Shown here in pieces: positions 30,340 to 40,189 of a stretch of DNA of 54,233 bases. Origin of the DNA: an uncultured Verrucomicrobiota bacterium (GTDB taxonomy: Bacteria > Verrucomicrobiota > Kiritimatiellia > CAYTQP01 > CAZOLK01); assembly GCA_964580325.1 (NCBI GenBank), contig CAZOLK010000004.1, positions 1 to 54,233 on the forward strand, read 5' to 3'. Under the pieces are notes generated by a model. The model searched no databases, had not been told where the DNA came from, and worked only from the letters and a program-made list of their open reading frames with translations. The stretch's first letter is position 1. Each line of letters starts with the position of its first letter. The translations under genes were made by a program, and so were the position numbers.

Positions 30340-30725
30340 TAGTAGATAGTTTCATTAAATAATGCAAAATTACGACAGGCTAGAATCAAATTTCCTTCAC
30401 CGATACACAACTGGCGAAGCGTTAATTTCTTCAATTCCTTTCAGGATCCTTTCCTTCAGTTCCTCCTTCGATTGTACGCGCGCGTATATGACGCAAAAAG
30501 GTTCTCGCCATTTCGAAAACAAACCTTCAACAGGATTGAGCCATGAGCCATGTTTAAGCGTATGCACGTACAAAAAACGCCCGGGTTTTGTCGCAAGATA
30601 TTTAATTGTCTCTTTGGATGCATGAACCGAATGGTTGTCAAGAATGATGCACATTGCGATGGATAGCTCTTGTCAAGTTTATCCAGCAATTGGATGAATT
30701 TGCAACTCCTGTGCCTGTCGTGCCT
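30340..30725 (-). mobile_element. IS630-family transposase remnant (3' part, frameshifted)
   Basis: DRHRSCKFIQLLDKLDKSYP then a frameshift to IILDNHSVHASKET...KHGSWLNPVEGLFSK...RVQSKEEL; IS630-like end ...AATGAAACTATCTACTA near 30340. Confidence 0.85.
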
Positions 30726-30756
30726 GCTTCCGGAAGCAACGGCTGTCCTACACAGT

Positions 30757-30780
30757 CGGGCTGAAGCCTGGACCACGAAC
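30757..30780. repeat. Degenerate single REP-like copy
   Basis: CGGGCTGAAGCCTGGACCACGAAC resembles CAGGTTAAAGCCTGGACTACAAAC at about 42996-43019. Confidence 0.5.
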
Positions 30781-30845
30781 CTTTCTGCTTTTTTTTAACA
30801 CTACCATTGCTGGGACTCAAATTATTTTGCACATTTTGTCCCAAC

Positions 30846-31940
30846 TTATACATTGTATGCAGAGCAAATTTCATTCCATATCTTGAAGTAGGATTTGACC
30901 ATAGTCTGAACGCCAAGATTATGTTCAAAGACCAAACGGGCTTCTCGCCCCATTCTTTTTCGCAAACCATCATCCCGAACGAGTTGGCGTAGTGCGTCGA
31001 GACCGGTTTCCGGTTGGTTGGTATCAAACAACACCCCAGTAGTTCCATGCATCACTATTTCTCGACTACCGCCGTATTGTGACGACACCACCGGAATACC
31101 GGCACGGGCAGATTCGAGAAGAACGGTGGGAAAGGGATCGAAGCTGGTCGAAGGTTGCACAAGGATATCAATCTCCTGAAAGATATCGGCTGGACGCTTA
31201 CGTCCACACAAACGAACACGGTTGGGAAATCGAGATACAAGATCTTGGGCAGCTTCAGCCAGGTTCGCAGCTAGTTCGCCATAAAGATACCATACGATGG
31301 AGTCGTTTACAGTATCAGCGATCCAGTTGGCAACGAGGGGAAAGCCTTTATGCTGAACATACATCCCGAGAAACCCGACTCGGATTCTTCTATCCGGTGC
31401 GGGAAGCCGCTCGGATAACAGATCGGGAATGCCGTTGTGGACAACCGTGTTTATTCCACGCATGATCCACGGCGTCCATAACGCCCTCGTGGCATGACTG
31501 ACAAAAATGCGCCCATCAAAACGGGTCGTATTCCAACGCATCAGGCATCTTCGTAAAAAACCATGGGATGGAGAATCCGGCGAATCATGGTATATCGCGA
31601 CCACAGGCACGCCTAAGCGACCATGAAGATATAAAGCAAGTTCAAACCCCCGAGTATGCCAGGCCACGACGCCCCGAATGCCCTTGAGTTTTGGCGCAAG
31701 TCGGATAATGGCTGGAAGAGTAAGCGCAATGCGGTCGCTTCGAACGCCCAAATCCATCACTACATACCCCAGTTCATCCGCATGTGCATAAACTTCCGAA
31801 CATGCCGGCAACACCAAAACCGGTTTGTCCTCCCGGTTTGCGGCAGCCTCAAGGAAATAGCTCAGCATCGTATACGCACCGGTTCCCTTGCCAACATCGG
31901 TAGACAGGATAACTAAACGATCAGCCACGGAAGCATTCAT
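30846..31940 (-). CDS. GT4 glycosyltransferase
   Basis: VVHNGI, QHKGF, QPSTSFDPFPTVLLESARAGIPVVSSQYGG. Confidence 0.9.
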   Translation of the reverse strand: MNASVADRLVILSTDVGKGTGAYTMLSYFLEAAANREDKPVLVLPACSEVYAHADELGYVVMDLGVRSDRIALTLPAIIRLAPKLKGIRGVVAWHTRGFELALYLHGRLGVPVVAIYHDSPDSPSHGFLRRCLMRWNTTRFDGRIFVSHATRALWTPWIMRGINTVVHNGIPDLLSERLPAPDRRIRVGFLGMYVQHKGFPLVANWIADTVNDSIVWYLYGELAANLAEAAQDLVSRFPNRVRLCGRKRPADIFQEIDILVQPSTSFDPFPTVLLESARAGIPVVSSQYGGSREIVMHGTTGVLFDTNQPETGLDALRQLVRDDGLRKRMGREARLVFEHNLGVQTMVKSYFKIWNEICSAYNV

Positions 31941-32067
31941 CGTGTAATCCGAACCTGCTCATTTGAAAAAAGCAGTCTTTTTATTGTTGTGAAACATGAA
32001 ATCCACTACACTTATAAAGCGACAAGAATATAAAATGGATAATGTCCGGGCAAGGTATATTTTGCTT

Positions 32068-32895
32068 ATGGTGCCTAAAATCAGTATCGTCACGGCAACG
32101 CTCAATGTGTCATCAACCATTGACATGTTCATAGATTGCTTGAACAACCAATCTTCAGATGCGTTTGAAGTACTCGTCTGCGACGGAGCCTCCACGGACG
32201 AGACTACCGAAAGAATCAAAGGCATCCATAGATTGTCCTGGTCCTGTTCGGAACCGGACCATGGCGTTTACGACGCTTGGAATAAAGCCCTTAACCATGC
32301 ACAGGGCGAATGGATTATGTTCCTCGGCGCCGACGACTATTTGGCGGATAAACGCGCCATTGAAAACCTGATCCGAGCCACGGATATATTCATCAACGCC
32401 AATGTCATTTACGGCATCATATACCATGTAAGGAGGGGGGATCACGCGCTTCTGCACTGCCAATGTTTGCCATGGCATAATAGAAAACGCCGGCTTCCAC
32501 AAGAGATGCCCATTGCGCATACCGGCAGCATCATGAGGCATTCTATCCTACGCCAATTCAAAGGATTTGACAGTACGTTCAAAATCATGGGCGATGTGGA
32601 ATTGTTTGTCAGGATATTCCTTGCAGGAGAACTTGAATGCGCCTTCTTCGAATATCCTGTAGTTTGTATGCAATCCGGTGGTTTGACCAATAATTTATCC
32701 ATGCGCTGGCGTATGTTTCATGAATTATTGAAAATCAGACGCAAACACCGTCTTCGCCTAATCGATAAGTACACCGCTTACTATGGGATGCGCAACTCCA
32801 TTCTGACTGTAACCCAAACTTTGCTGGGAGAATCCATGTGCCGACATGTGGCTAATGCAGGGCGCCGGTTAATGGGACAAAAAACCTATTGGTAA
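32068..32895 (+). CDS. GT2 glycosyltransferase
   Basis: KISIVTATLN, CDGASTDET, SEPDHGVYDAWNKAL, FLGADD; start may lie upstream (31996 or 32035). Confidence 0.9.
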   Translation: MVPKISIVTATLNVSSTIDMFIDCLNNQSSDAFEVLVCDGASTDETTERIKGIHRLSWSCSEPDHGVYDAWNKALNHAQGEWIMFLGADDYLADKRAIENLIRATDIFINANVIYGIIYHVRRGDHALLHCQCLPWHNRKRRLPQEMPIAHTGSIMRHSILRQFKGFDSTFKIMGDVELFVRIFLAGELECAFFEYPVVCMQSGGLTNNLSMRWRMFHELLKIRRKHRLRLIDKYTAYYGMRNSILTVTQTLLGESMCRHVANAGRRLMGQKTYW

Positions 32896-33004
32896 ATAAG
32901 CCCGAATCTGCTATTTTGTTGAGCGCGCTCCAGATGAACGGTACCCGCACCTCTTTCGCGAGAAACAGGATGCGGCGGTCATTGCGTCACAAGCTGATCC
33001 GCCC

Positions 33005-34042
33005 TCAATCTCCCAGGCACATTATGCGTGGATCGGCGTAGAGCTGTTTGAGTTTTTGCTTGTTAGCGCCCCAGAAAGCAATGCAGCCCCAGGGCATGAA
33101 CCAGGTCCAGCCCGGTTCCCGGTCGAGGATTTCGGGCGTAGGTACTTCGCCGACTTCACCCAGAGCGATGGGCCGACCGTCAGCCAGGCGGTTCAGTTCA
33201 TCGTGATGTGATTGCTTATAGTCATTCCTATACACGTCGGCGGCCAGCACGTCGACCACATCGCCGCCGGGATAGTAACGCTCGTATGCATAGGCTTCAT
33301 CGCCAGGGATGTCGCGCGGAGCATTGGCGTTCCAGACCCACAGCAGATTGTCCAGTTTATGGAATCGGGTGTAGCGTTCGTGCATGGCGCGCCAGAGTTT
33401 GGCGAAGCCGTTTGGGCCGGGTTTGTCACACCACCAGAACCAGACGCCGTTCATTTCGTGATAGGGGCGCCAGAGCACGGGAATGTCCGCGTCGTGCAGC
33501 CGTTTCAGGTAGCCGGCGATGTGATCGATATGTTTCAGCCAGGCCTCGTGCAGTGCTGTGCCGGCAGTGGTCAACTCGAGCCATATTTCTTCCGGGGGCA
33601 GGTTGCCGTTTTGCCAGACCGCTTCGTAAGGCGCGCGGTCGCCTTTACCCGGAAAGCAGGCGTGCCACATCAGCGTAACGATATGACCGCGACGATGCTG
33701 CTCCATGGCGCATTGGATCAGGCGCTCGCGTGCGTCCGCGACAGACAAGCCGGTGATGGTCGGTTCCGGTTCCCCGGGATCCGAGACATTGATTGGTCCG
33801 CAATGGTAATGCTTGCCGACAGTGTCCTGGCTGTCCACCGCGAACGAAAAATCGGAACCCCAGACCAGTGGCCGTTTGCCGGTCGCCTCTTCGATAAGCT
33901 CGGTATACCTGGCGCCTACCCCAATATAGTTGTGCTGGGCGGAGAGCAAGCGATTGCCAGAAACGGATTGCAGCAAAGCATAGAGTTTTTGGGCCGCGAC
34001 GGAATGGCCGGCGGCTATGCGTTGAGATTGATTTTGCGACAT
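33005..34042 (-). CDS. GH26 beta-mannanase-like glycoside hydrolase
   Basis: TLMWH, PVLWRPYHEMNGVWFWW (acid/base Glu), YYPGGDVVDVLAADVY, ALGEVG (nucleophile); no signal peptide. Confidence 0.9.
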   Translation of the reverse strand: MSQNQSQRIAAGHSVAAQKLYALLQSVSGNRLLSAQHNYIGVGARYTELIEEATGKRPLVWGSDFSFAVDSQDTVGKHYHCGPINVSDPGEPEPTITGLSVADARERLIQCAMEQHRRGHIVTLMWHACFPGKGDRAPYEAVWQNGNLPPEEIWLELTTAGTALHEAWLKHIDHIAGYLKRLHDADIPVLWRPYHEMNGVWFWWCDKPGPNGFAKLWRAMHERYTRFHKLDNLLWVWNANAPRDIPGDEAYAYERYYPGGDVVDVLAADVYRNDYKQSHHDELNRLADGRPIALGEVGEVPTPEILDREPGWTWFMPWGCIAFWGANKQKLKQLYADPRIMCLGD

Positions 34043-34121
34043 AACGAATCCTCCGGGTTGTTAAAAACTAAAAATCCCAAAAAAACACTTATGCGCAAAA
34101 GATCCTGGTTAGACAAGCTTA

Positions 34122-35294
34122 TTAAATATAATTGAGCAGTGAGACGTTGAGGAAGCTGGACGAAATCTTGAGCGCGGCTTCATAGGCCACCTGTTTGCTG
34201 GACAACTCCATCATCGCTTTGGCAAGGTCCACCGACTCTTCGTCTTCCAGGCGCTGGGCAATTTCCACGGATTCATTGAGTAGCGTGGTTTTCTGGATAT
34301 CAACGCGCTCTTCGTAGGCGCCAACGCGGCTGGCCAGGGCCATGACATGCTCCAGGTCGCGCTCGATATCGCCCAGGTTCTGCTGGGTCAGCGTGTGTTG
34401 TCCGGTTCCGCTGCCTGCAAAGTCGATGGCAATGCCGTTGCGCGCATCGTCCAGGGTGGCGGCCAACTGAATTTCGGTCGCCGATACACTGATGACATAG
34501 TATGTCGTTCCCGCTGTCAACCCGCCTGGCAGCGTTCCTTCCGAACTCAGTTGTATGGTCGATCCGGTGGTGTATGTATTGTTGACCGTGATGACGTTGG
34601 TCGCGTCATTGAATCCGCTGCTGTCGACCATGTCGGGGCGCACCAGGTTTTCGCCGTTCATCATGCGGTCGCGAAGATTGATGAAGTCGGCAAATAAATC
34701 GATGCTGCGGCTTTGGAAAACCGCTTCGTCGCTGGTAAGGTTGGTGCCGATCAGGTTGGACGGTACGTACATGCCGCGACCGATTTCAACCATGTGGGTT
34801 TCATCGTCGCCCTGGTAGGTCACGTCCGTGATGAATCCGTCCGCGTCTCGGGTGACTACATAGGCTGGTTCATCGCTGCGCAATCCGGCATACTGGTATT
34901 CGTTAATTCGGGTGTTGGCCACCTGAACCAGATCTTCCAGCATCTGGTTCATTTCCTGGCCGATATTGATGATATCCTGGGGCGACTTGGTCCCATCACT
35001 GGCAATGATGGTCAGTTCGGAAGTGCGGTGCAGGATATTGGCAAGGCGTTGCAGCGAATAATCGTGGTTGACCAGATTTTCCATCAGCCGTTCCGCGTTT
35101 CTCATGTATTGCGCATTCTCGACGTCACGGTCGTGCAGCCGTGAAATGAGGTCGTAGGAGCCGGGATCGTAGGAGGGCCGCAAGACCCTCCGTCCACTGG
35201 AGATTTGCTGTTGCAGAATATGCAGTGTATCGCGATTGCGTAGCAAATAGGACGACAACATGTCGTTCGTCATCTGATCCGTTATTATCCGCAT
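34122..35294 (-). CDS. flgL: Flagellar hook-associated protein FlgL with an inserted beta-domain
   Basis: MRIIT start, QQQISSGRRVLRPSYDP, ANTRINEYQYAG, YQGD, C-terminal ESVDLAKAMMELSSKQVAYEAALKISSSFLNVSLLNYI. Confidence 0.85.
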   Translation of the reverse strand: MRIITDQMTNDMLSSYLLRNRDTLHILQQQISSGRRVLRPSYDPGSYDLISRLHDRDVENAQYMRNAERLMENLVNHDYSLQRLANILHRTSELTIIASDGTKSPQDIINIGQEMNQMLEDLVQVANTRINEYQYAGLRSDEPAYVVTRDADGFITDVTYQGDDETHMVEIGRGMYVPSNLIGTNLTSDEAVFQSRSIDLFADFINLRDRMMNGENLVRPDMVDSSGFNDATNVITVNNTYTTGSTIQLSSEGTLPGGLTAGTTYYVISVSATEIQLAATLDDARNGIAIDFAGSGTGQHTLTQQNLGDIERDLEHVMALASRVGAYEERVDIQKTTLLNESVEIAQRLEDEESVDLAKAMMELSSKQVAYEAALKISSSFLNVSLLNYI

Positions 35295-35331
35295 AGTTTT
35301 TCCCCGCAGTAGCGCTGTTTTTCGTCTTAAA

Positions 35332-35347
35332 AGCAAAACGTATGCCA
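35332..35347 (-). promoter_or_regulatory. Sigma54 (-24/-12) promoter upstream of flgL
   Basis: TGGCATACGTTTTGCT matches TGGCAC-N5-TTGCW with exact GG-N10-GC spacing, 37 nt upstream of the ATG. Confidence 0.75.
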
Positions 35348-35375
35348 CACGAAATAGAGTCCCAGGCGGTAAGTT

Positions 35376-36263
35376 TTACCGAGCAGCTTTTTTGAAGACG
35401 CGTTTCTGGTAATCAACCGGCGGTTCAGCGTAAACCTGTTTGAACAGGCGCGAAAAGTGATAGGCATCTTTCATGCCAATGGCGTAAGCCGTCTCTTTGA
35501 CCGACATGCCCTGTTGTAGTAAAAGGCAAGCACGGTTCATGCGCAGTTGGTTGACATAGCGATGGGGCGAATATCCGGTCAACTCTTTGAAACGGCGCCG
35601 GAACAGGGCATAGCTGATGCTGGCTTGCCGGGCAAGCTGGCGGTAGTCCCAGGCTTTATTGGGATGGCTCTGGATCGCGAGTAAGATCTGGTCAAGGTTT
35701 GACGCAGCGGGTGCCTGATGCGGGGTGCGCGTCAGGCAGGTCAGTTCCGCCAGGATTTCCACGGTCAATGCCGCAAGCCGTTGCGTAGGGTGGAAACCTG
35801 AGCGCAACCGATTGAAAAGCACTTCGAGATCATGAAGCTTATGCTTGAGAATCGGACTGCTGACCGGTTGACGCGGAAGTTCATGGGCATGCCGATAAGG
35901 CAACTCACCCATAAAAAGGATGCTGTACTCCTCCCAATCCCATTGATCGCCTGCGCCGTACGCCCAGGCACTATCCGGATGAAGCAAGATTACGTCGTTG
36001 GCTTTTAATCTAACGTAATCTTTACCAACAACTAATGGCTTCGATCCGCGTTTGATGAGCAACAGTATGAAATATTGCGTAATGCGGCTTGTAGGAAACG
36101 GTTGTTCGGCGACAACCAGGTGTTCGCAAGCAGCCAACATCAATCCGAGGCATGTTGCATCCGGTTCCGTGTGAAAGTGATAACGCTCATCAACATTTTC
36201 TTTGTGCTGCCGTTTAGTTCTCATTTTATATATGAATAATAGCATATTATCCATTCTCGGCAA
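35376..36263 (-). CDS. AraC family transcriptional regulator
   Basis: LARQASISYALFRRRFKELTGYSP...SVKETAYAIGMKDAYHFSRLFK; start uncertain. Confidence 0.9.
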   Translation of the reverse strand: MPRMDNMLLFIYKMRTKRQHKENVDERYHFHTEPDATCLGLMLAACEHLVVAEQPFPTSRITQYFILLLIKRGSKPLVVGKDYVRLKANDVILLHPDSAWAYGAGDQWDWEEYSILFMGELPYRHAHELPRQPVSSPILKHKLHDLEVLFNRLRSGFHPTQRLAALTVEILAELTCLTRTPHQAPAASNLDQILLAIQSHPNKAWDYRQLARQASISYALFRRRFKELTGYSPHRYVNQLRMNRACLLLQQGMSVKETAYAIGMKDAYHFSRLFKQVYAEPPVDYQKRVFKKAAR

Positions 36264-36459
36264 GTCAACTATATACTATATTATTATAAGAGTGTTCGAA
36301 AACTTCTGTGCTCGGAATTTGCTCGGAATTGTTTGAGTATAATTAACGAATGACGGGCGATTAACAGGAGTGATCACCTTGATTGCGGTGTTAGACGGTA
36401 AAAGTCTGAATACTGCAAGATTTCGTGGGTATGCGTTCATTGAGGAAGAGGTAGCTGAT

Positions 36460-37980
36460 ATGTATATTGATCCGGAACAAGTAAAGGAAAAAATCCGAGA
36501 GCACATGTACGGACCTGCGGGGTCCGTGGTTTTTCATATTATTCTGATTATCTTGCTGATTAAATTCCTGGTTTTCGCGCCAACGGAAAACATAGCTGAT
36601 ATCGAACTTGAGTTGGTCGAATTGGAGACCGTAGAGTTGGAAGAGTTGAAGGAAGAAATCGAGGAATTGACCGAGGAAGATGATTACACCGAGAACGTTG
36701 ATGCGCCCGAGCCGGTGGCTGAGGAAGCACCACCCGACCCGACAGCAGTGGATTCACCCATGGCCGAACTGGACTTTGACGCGCTGGCGATCGATGCCGA
36801 TTTTTCCAGCCCATTGGTCTTGCGCGGGTTGTATGCCGGTCGTACATCCGCCGGACGGGCCGCTATGTTGGGCCGATATGGCGGTCGTCATGGCGGTCGC
36901 AGCGAAAAGGCGGTGAAACTCGCTTTGAGTTGGCTGGCCGATCACCAGAACGAGAATGGATCATGGGGCGATGCGTCCAAAAAAATTGGCGTTGGCATCA
37001 GTGGATTGGCTCTGCTAACCTTTCTGGCCCATGGTGAAACACCTTCTTCCGAAAAATATGGCCCAACCGTGGAAAAAGCTATTCGCTGGCTACTCAGTCA
37101 GCAGAGCAGCGCTGGATCCATTGGGCAGAAAGGCTATGCCCACGGCATTGCAGCTTACGCCATCAGCGAAGCCTTTGCCATGACCAGGATCCCGGCGCTC
37201 AAGATCGCCATGAACCAGGCTATCGATTGCCTGATTGACGGCCAAAGCCCGGAAGGCGGATGGAATTATGGGTACAATAATGAAAATCGCCTGGACTTTT
37301 CCGTTTGCGGCTGGCAGATGCAGGCTTTAAAAGCTGCAAAAATGGCTGGTTATGAGTCCGAGCAGTACAACATCCAGCAGGCCATTGATCTGGCCATCGA
37401 GAACAGCATTAAATTCCAGCCCAATGGCAGCCAGTTTGGTTATTCGGTGAGCCGGGAGACGGGACCTTTTGATTACAGCAAGGCAGGCGGCAAAACTTCG
37501 ATGACGGGCGTTGGCGTGCTCTGCCTCCAGTTGCTGGGCCTGGGCCGCAGCAATTCGGCCAGAAAAGGCTTGGCTTCCTTGGCCAATTACCAGGTTGACT
37601 GGAAAAAAGGCTGGAACGATAAGCCTGGCCCGCATGGCGGCATTCTGTATACATCCTATTATGTGACTCAGGCTAAATTCCATGCCGGCGAGGGGATCTG
37701 GAAGTCCTGGAATAGTCACTTCGCGCCGATCTACATCAAGGAACAGCACAAAACAGGCTATTGGGACAATCCGCACTTTTTCAATATTCCTGATGGGCAA
37801 ATGGACAAGAATGTGCTCAATGCTCGTGTTTACCACACAACGCTGGCTGCATTGACCCTGATGGTCTACTACCGTCACTTGCCCAGCTATAAGAAAATCG
37901 ACGATGCCGCCGTTGGCGAGGATGAGATCCCGGCCGCTGGTGGCGGTGATGTGGCTGATATTGATGTGGAAATCATCTAG
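36460..37980 (+). CDS. Membrane-anchored prenyltransferase/squalene-cyclase repeat protein
   Basis: N-terminal TM (SVVFHIILIILL), very acidic linker, QW-like repeats LSWLADHQNENGSW, LIDGQSPEGGWNY, EQHKTGYW; ALLTFLAHGETP. Confidence 0.85.
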   Translation: MYIDPEQVKEKIREHMYGPAGSVVFHIILIILLIKFLVFAPTENIADIELELVELETVELEELKEEIEELTEEDDYTENVDAPEPVAEEAPPDPTAVDSPMAELDFDALAIDADFSSPLVLRGLYAGRTSAGRAAMLGRYGGRHGGRSEKAVKLALSWLADHQNENGSWGDASKKIGVGISGLALLTFLAHGETPSSEKYGPTVEKAIRWLLSQQSSAGSIGQKGYAHGIAAYAISEAFAMTRIPALKIAMNQAIDCLIDGQSPEGGWNYGYNNENRLDFSVCGWQMQALKAAKMAGYESEQYNIQQAIDLAIENSIKFQPNGSQFGYSVSRETGPFDYSKAGGKTSMTGVGVLCLQLLGLGRSNSARKGLASLANYQVDWKKGWNDKPGPHGGILYTSYYVTQAKFHAGEGIWKSWNSHFAPIYIKEQHKTGYWDNPHFFNIPDGQMDKNVLNARVYHTTLAALTLMVYYRHLPSYKKIDDAAVGEDEIPAAGGGDVADIDVEII

Positions 37981-38010
37981 CTAAGCTTCGCTGGCCATCC
38001 AGCATTGAAC

Positions 38011-38045
38011 AAAGCGCGCGGCAATCGATCGCGCGCTTTTTCTTT
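38011..38045. terminator. Bidirectional intrinsic terminator
   Basis: AAAGCGCGCG-GCAATCGAT-CGCGCGCTTTTT between convergent genes. Confidence 0.8.
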
Positions 38046-38065
38046 CCAGGTTTCAGCCCTCCGCT

Positions 38066-39265
38066 CTACCCGCCCAATTCGGCGCAGCGTTTGCGATAAT
38101 GCAGGTAATTCGCGTAGGGCACTTCGGCTGGTACGCCATGATCGCAGGTGGGGATGTAGCCGCCGCGTTCGCGCATGAATGGAAGGATCCGCTCCAGCAT
38201 GCGATCGATATTGTCCGTGTTTGAGGCTAGCACGCGCTTGTCGATGCCCCCGAAAATGACCAGGTCAGGATGGCGCCGGCCGATCTCGACTACATCGCAG
38301 CCGGAAGCCACTTCAAACGGCGACATCACCCGCATGCCGATTTCACGATAAACCGGAATCACCGAATCAGCATAACCATCGGTGTCGACATGGATGTACA
38401 ACGGCCTCTGCTTATCCAACTGGCGCGCGCGCACATTAGCGATGAGCTGCTGGTAATAGGGAAGCAAAAACTCGTGCATCATGTCCGGCGAGATCAGCGG
38501 ACCGTTGTTGTAGCAGATGTCTTCGGCCAGGAAAAATTCGTCCAGTGAAACCCATTCCTGGTGGCGCGCAATCACGGCATCCGCCAAGGCCAACCAGGTT
38601 TGCATGCAGGCGTGAATCAGGTCCGGATCGTCGTAAAACATATAGAGTAGGGATTCAGGACCGATCAGGCTGCGCAGATACATATAACCGCCAATCAGTT
38701 TCTGGGTGATGATTTTGCCCTCAGCCGCAGCTGTGCGCGCCTGTTGCATGCGCACTTCCAGGTTGGCATACCGTTTCGGCGATGTGGGATCGAGCCGCCA
38801 GCGTACATCGCGTTCCCAGGTGGTGCGGTCTTTAACCGGATGCTCCAGGTATTCGGGCATGAAACCTTGGCGTCGGTTTTTGAAGTAGAGCACATGCCGG
38901 CCTGCCTGGTCGCGGACCACTTCATGCTCGCCGCGCTCTTCCAGCACCGCAACGTCGAACGCAGGACAAAAAGCGGCTTCGCACCAGCCCAACTGACCCA
39001 GGCCATGACCCGCACCCTGGTCAAAATCAAACAGTTCCGCCAGCGGCACATCCTCGGGCATGCCTTGCTTCTTCCATTCCTCCAGGCAATAATAACCGAA
39101 TTCGCGCTTGAACAGCGGTACGCCTGGTGTAATGGCGTAGGTGTCGCGCAGCTTGCGTATGTGGGCCGGCATCCATTCGCGCGGCGTCACCGCGGTTACG
39201 CCCTCAATCACTTTTGGCATCATGGCATTCATATATTTTTCGGTCTCCTCATGCTTTGGTCTCAA
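38066..39265 (-). CDS. Uroporphyrinogen decarboxylase (URO-D/MtaA-CmuA-like) family protein
   Basis: LRSLIGPESLLYMFYDDPDLIH, EDICYNNGPLISP, VDTDG, PFEVASG, GGIDKR, GGYIPTCDHGVP; start may be 39232. Confidence 0.85.
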   Translation of the reverse strand: MRPKHEETEKYMNAMMPKVIEGVTAVTPREWMPAHIRKLRDTYAITPGVPLFKREFGYYCLEEWKKQGMPEDVPLAELFDFDQGAGHGLGQLGWCEAAFCPAFDVAVLEERGEHEVVRDQAGRHVLYFKNRRQGFMPEYLEHPVKDRTTWERDVRWRLDPTSPKRYANLEVRMQQARTAAAEGKIITQKLIGGYMYLRSLIGPESLLYMFYDDPDLIHACMQTWLALADAVIARHQEWVSLDEFFLAEDICYNNGPLISPDMMHEFLLPYYQQLIANVRARQLDKQRPLYIHVDTDGYADSVIPVYREIGMRVMSPFEVASGCDVVEIGRRHPDLVIFGGIDKRVLASNTDNIDRMLERILPFMRERGGYIPTCDHGVPAEVPYANYLHYRKRCAELGG

Positions 39266-39367
39266 TACCGTTTTTATTCACTACCCATAAAATAAGGCGC
39301 ATTTGGTGTAAATAGGAATAGACAAATCGGAACATAACCTGTATTTTTCGGCAAAACAGGCTGTTCC

Positions 39368-40189
39368 ATGATGAAATCAGCATTTTCCATTAATGAAGAG
39401 CCGGCAGTCGGGTGCGGCGTAATACTGCGCGCGGTTTGGATCGTGGAGGCCGATGCCACTTATGATGTGCGGCGTAGCGCCGGACGCAACTTGCTGGCGA
39501 TCAGGACCCTTGCTGGTTGCGGGCACTTGCATCTGATCCGCCACGCTGAGGTGGAACTGGCCCCGAAAACGTTGATTGTGGTGGAAGACCCGCATCTGTT
39601 ACGCTATCGCTGTTTTGGCGAGGCCTGGCACTTCTGGTGGTTCGAATTCAAACCATCTGGCGCACTGGCCCTGCCGTTGAACCGGCTGATGCACATCCCG
39701 GCGCAGAAGCGCGACCAGGCAGATGTGCGGGAGATCATGCAGGAACTGCGTCGACAAGGTTTTGTCCATCGCACGCTGGCTTCTGCGGCCATGGCCGCCC
39801 TGCTGCATCGCTGGGCCGTACGTTGGCAAGGCCATTGCCGGCAGCATCCTTACCAGGACCGAATCATGGCTGTGATCAACTATATGCATGAGCGCCTGGC
39901 GGACGATCTGCGCATTGCCGATCTGGCCCGGCGGACCCACTTGAGCGAGCGCCAGTTCCGCAACGTGTTTCAGGCGTTGAACGGTATCTCGCCCAAACGC
40001 TTTTTAAATGAGTTGCGCCTGCAAGCGGCCATGGAGTTGCTGAGACTAGGTATTTACCAGGTTGCCGAAGTGGCTGCGCACGTAGGTTTTGCCTGCCCGT
40101 TTTACTTCAGCAGAGTTTTTCATCGCCGTTATGGCGTGCCGCCCTCTGGTATTGTGCGTAACGATGCCGGCTTTTCCGATACGAGCTGA
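39368..40189 (+). CDS. AraC family transcriptional regulator, divergent from the URO-D-like gene
   Basis: LARRTHLSERQFRNVF...VAEVAAHVGFACPFYFSRVFHRRYGVPP. Confidence 0.9.
   Translation: MMKSAFSINEEPAVGCGVILRAVWIVEADATYDVRRSAGRNLLAIRTLAGCGHLHLIRHAEVELAPKTLIVVEDPHLLRYRCFGEAWHFWWFEFKPSGALALPLNRLMHIPAQKRDQADVREIMQELRRQGFVHRTLASAAMAALLHRWAVRWQGHCRQHPYQDRIMAVINYMHERLADDLRIADLARRTHLSERQFRNVFQALNGISPKRFLNELRLQAAMELLRLGIYQVAEVAAHVGFACPFYFSRVFHRRYGVPPSGIVRNDAGFSDTS

Noticed and set aside
21603-35294. Pse genes as a flagellin glycosylation island because flgL is near
   Set aside because: The pse genes run in the same direction into wzx, wzy and GT genes and no maf or flagellin gene is present, so a polysaccharide destination is more parsimonious
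36460-37980. Squalene-hopene cyclase
   Set aside because: No DXDD catalytic motif and only a single barrel with a TM anchor; fits the generic prenyltransferase-repeat proteins
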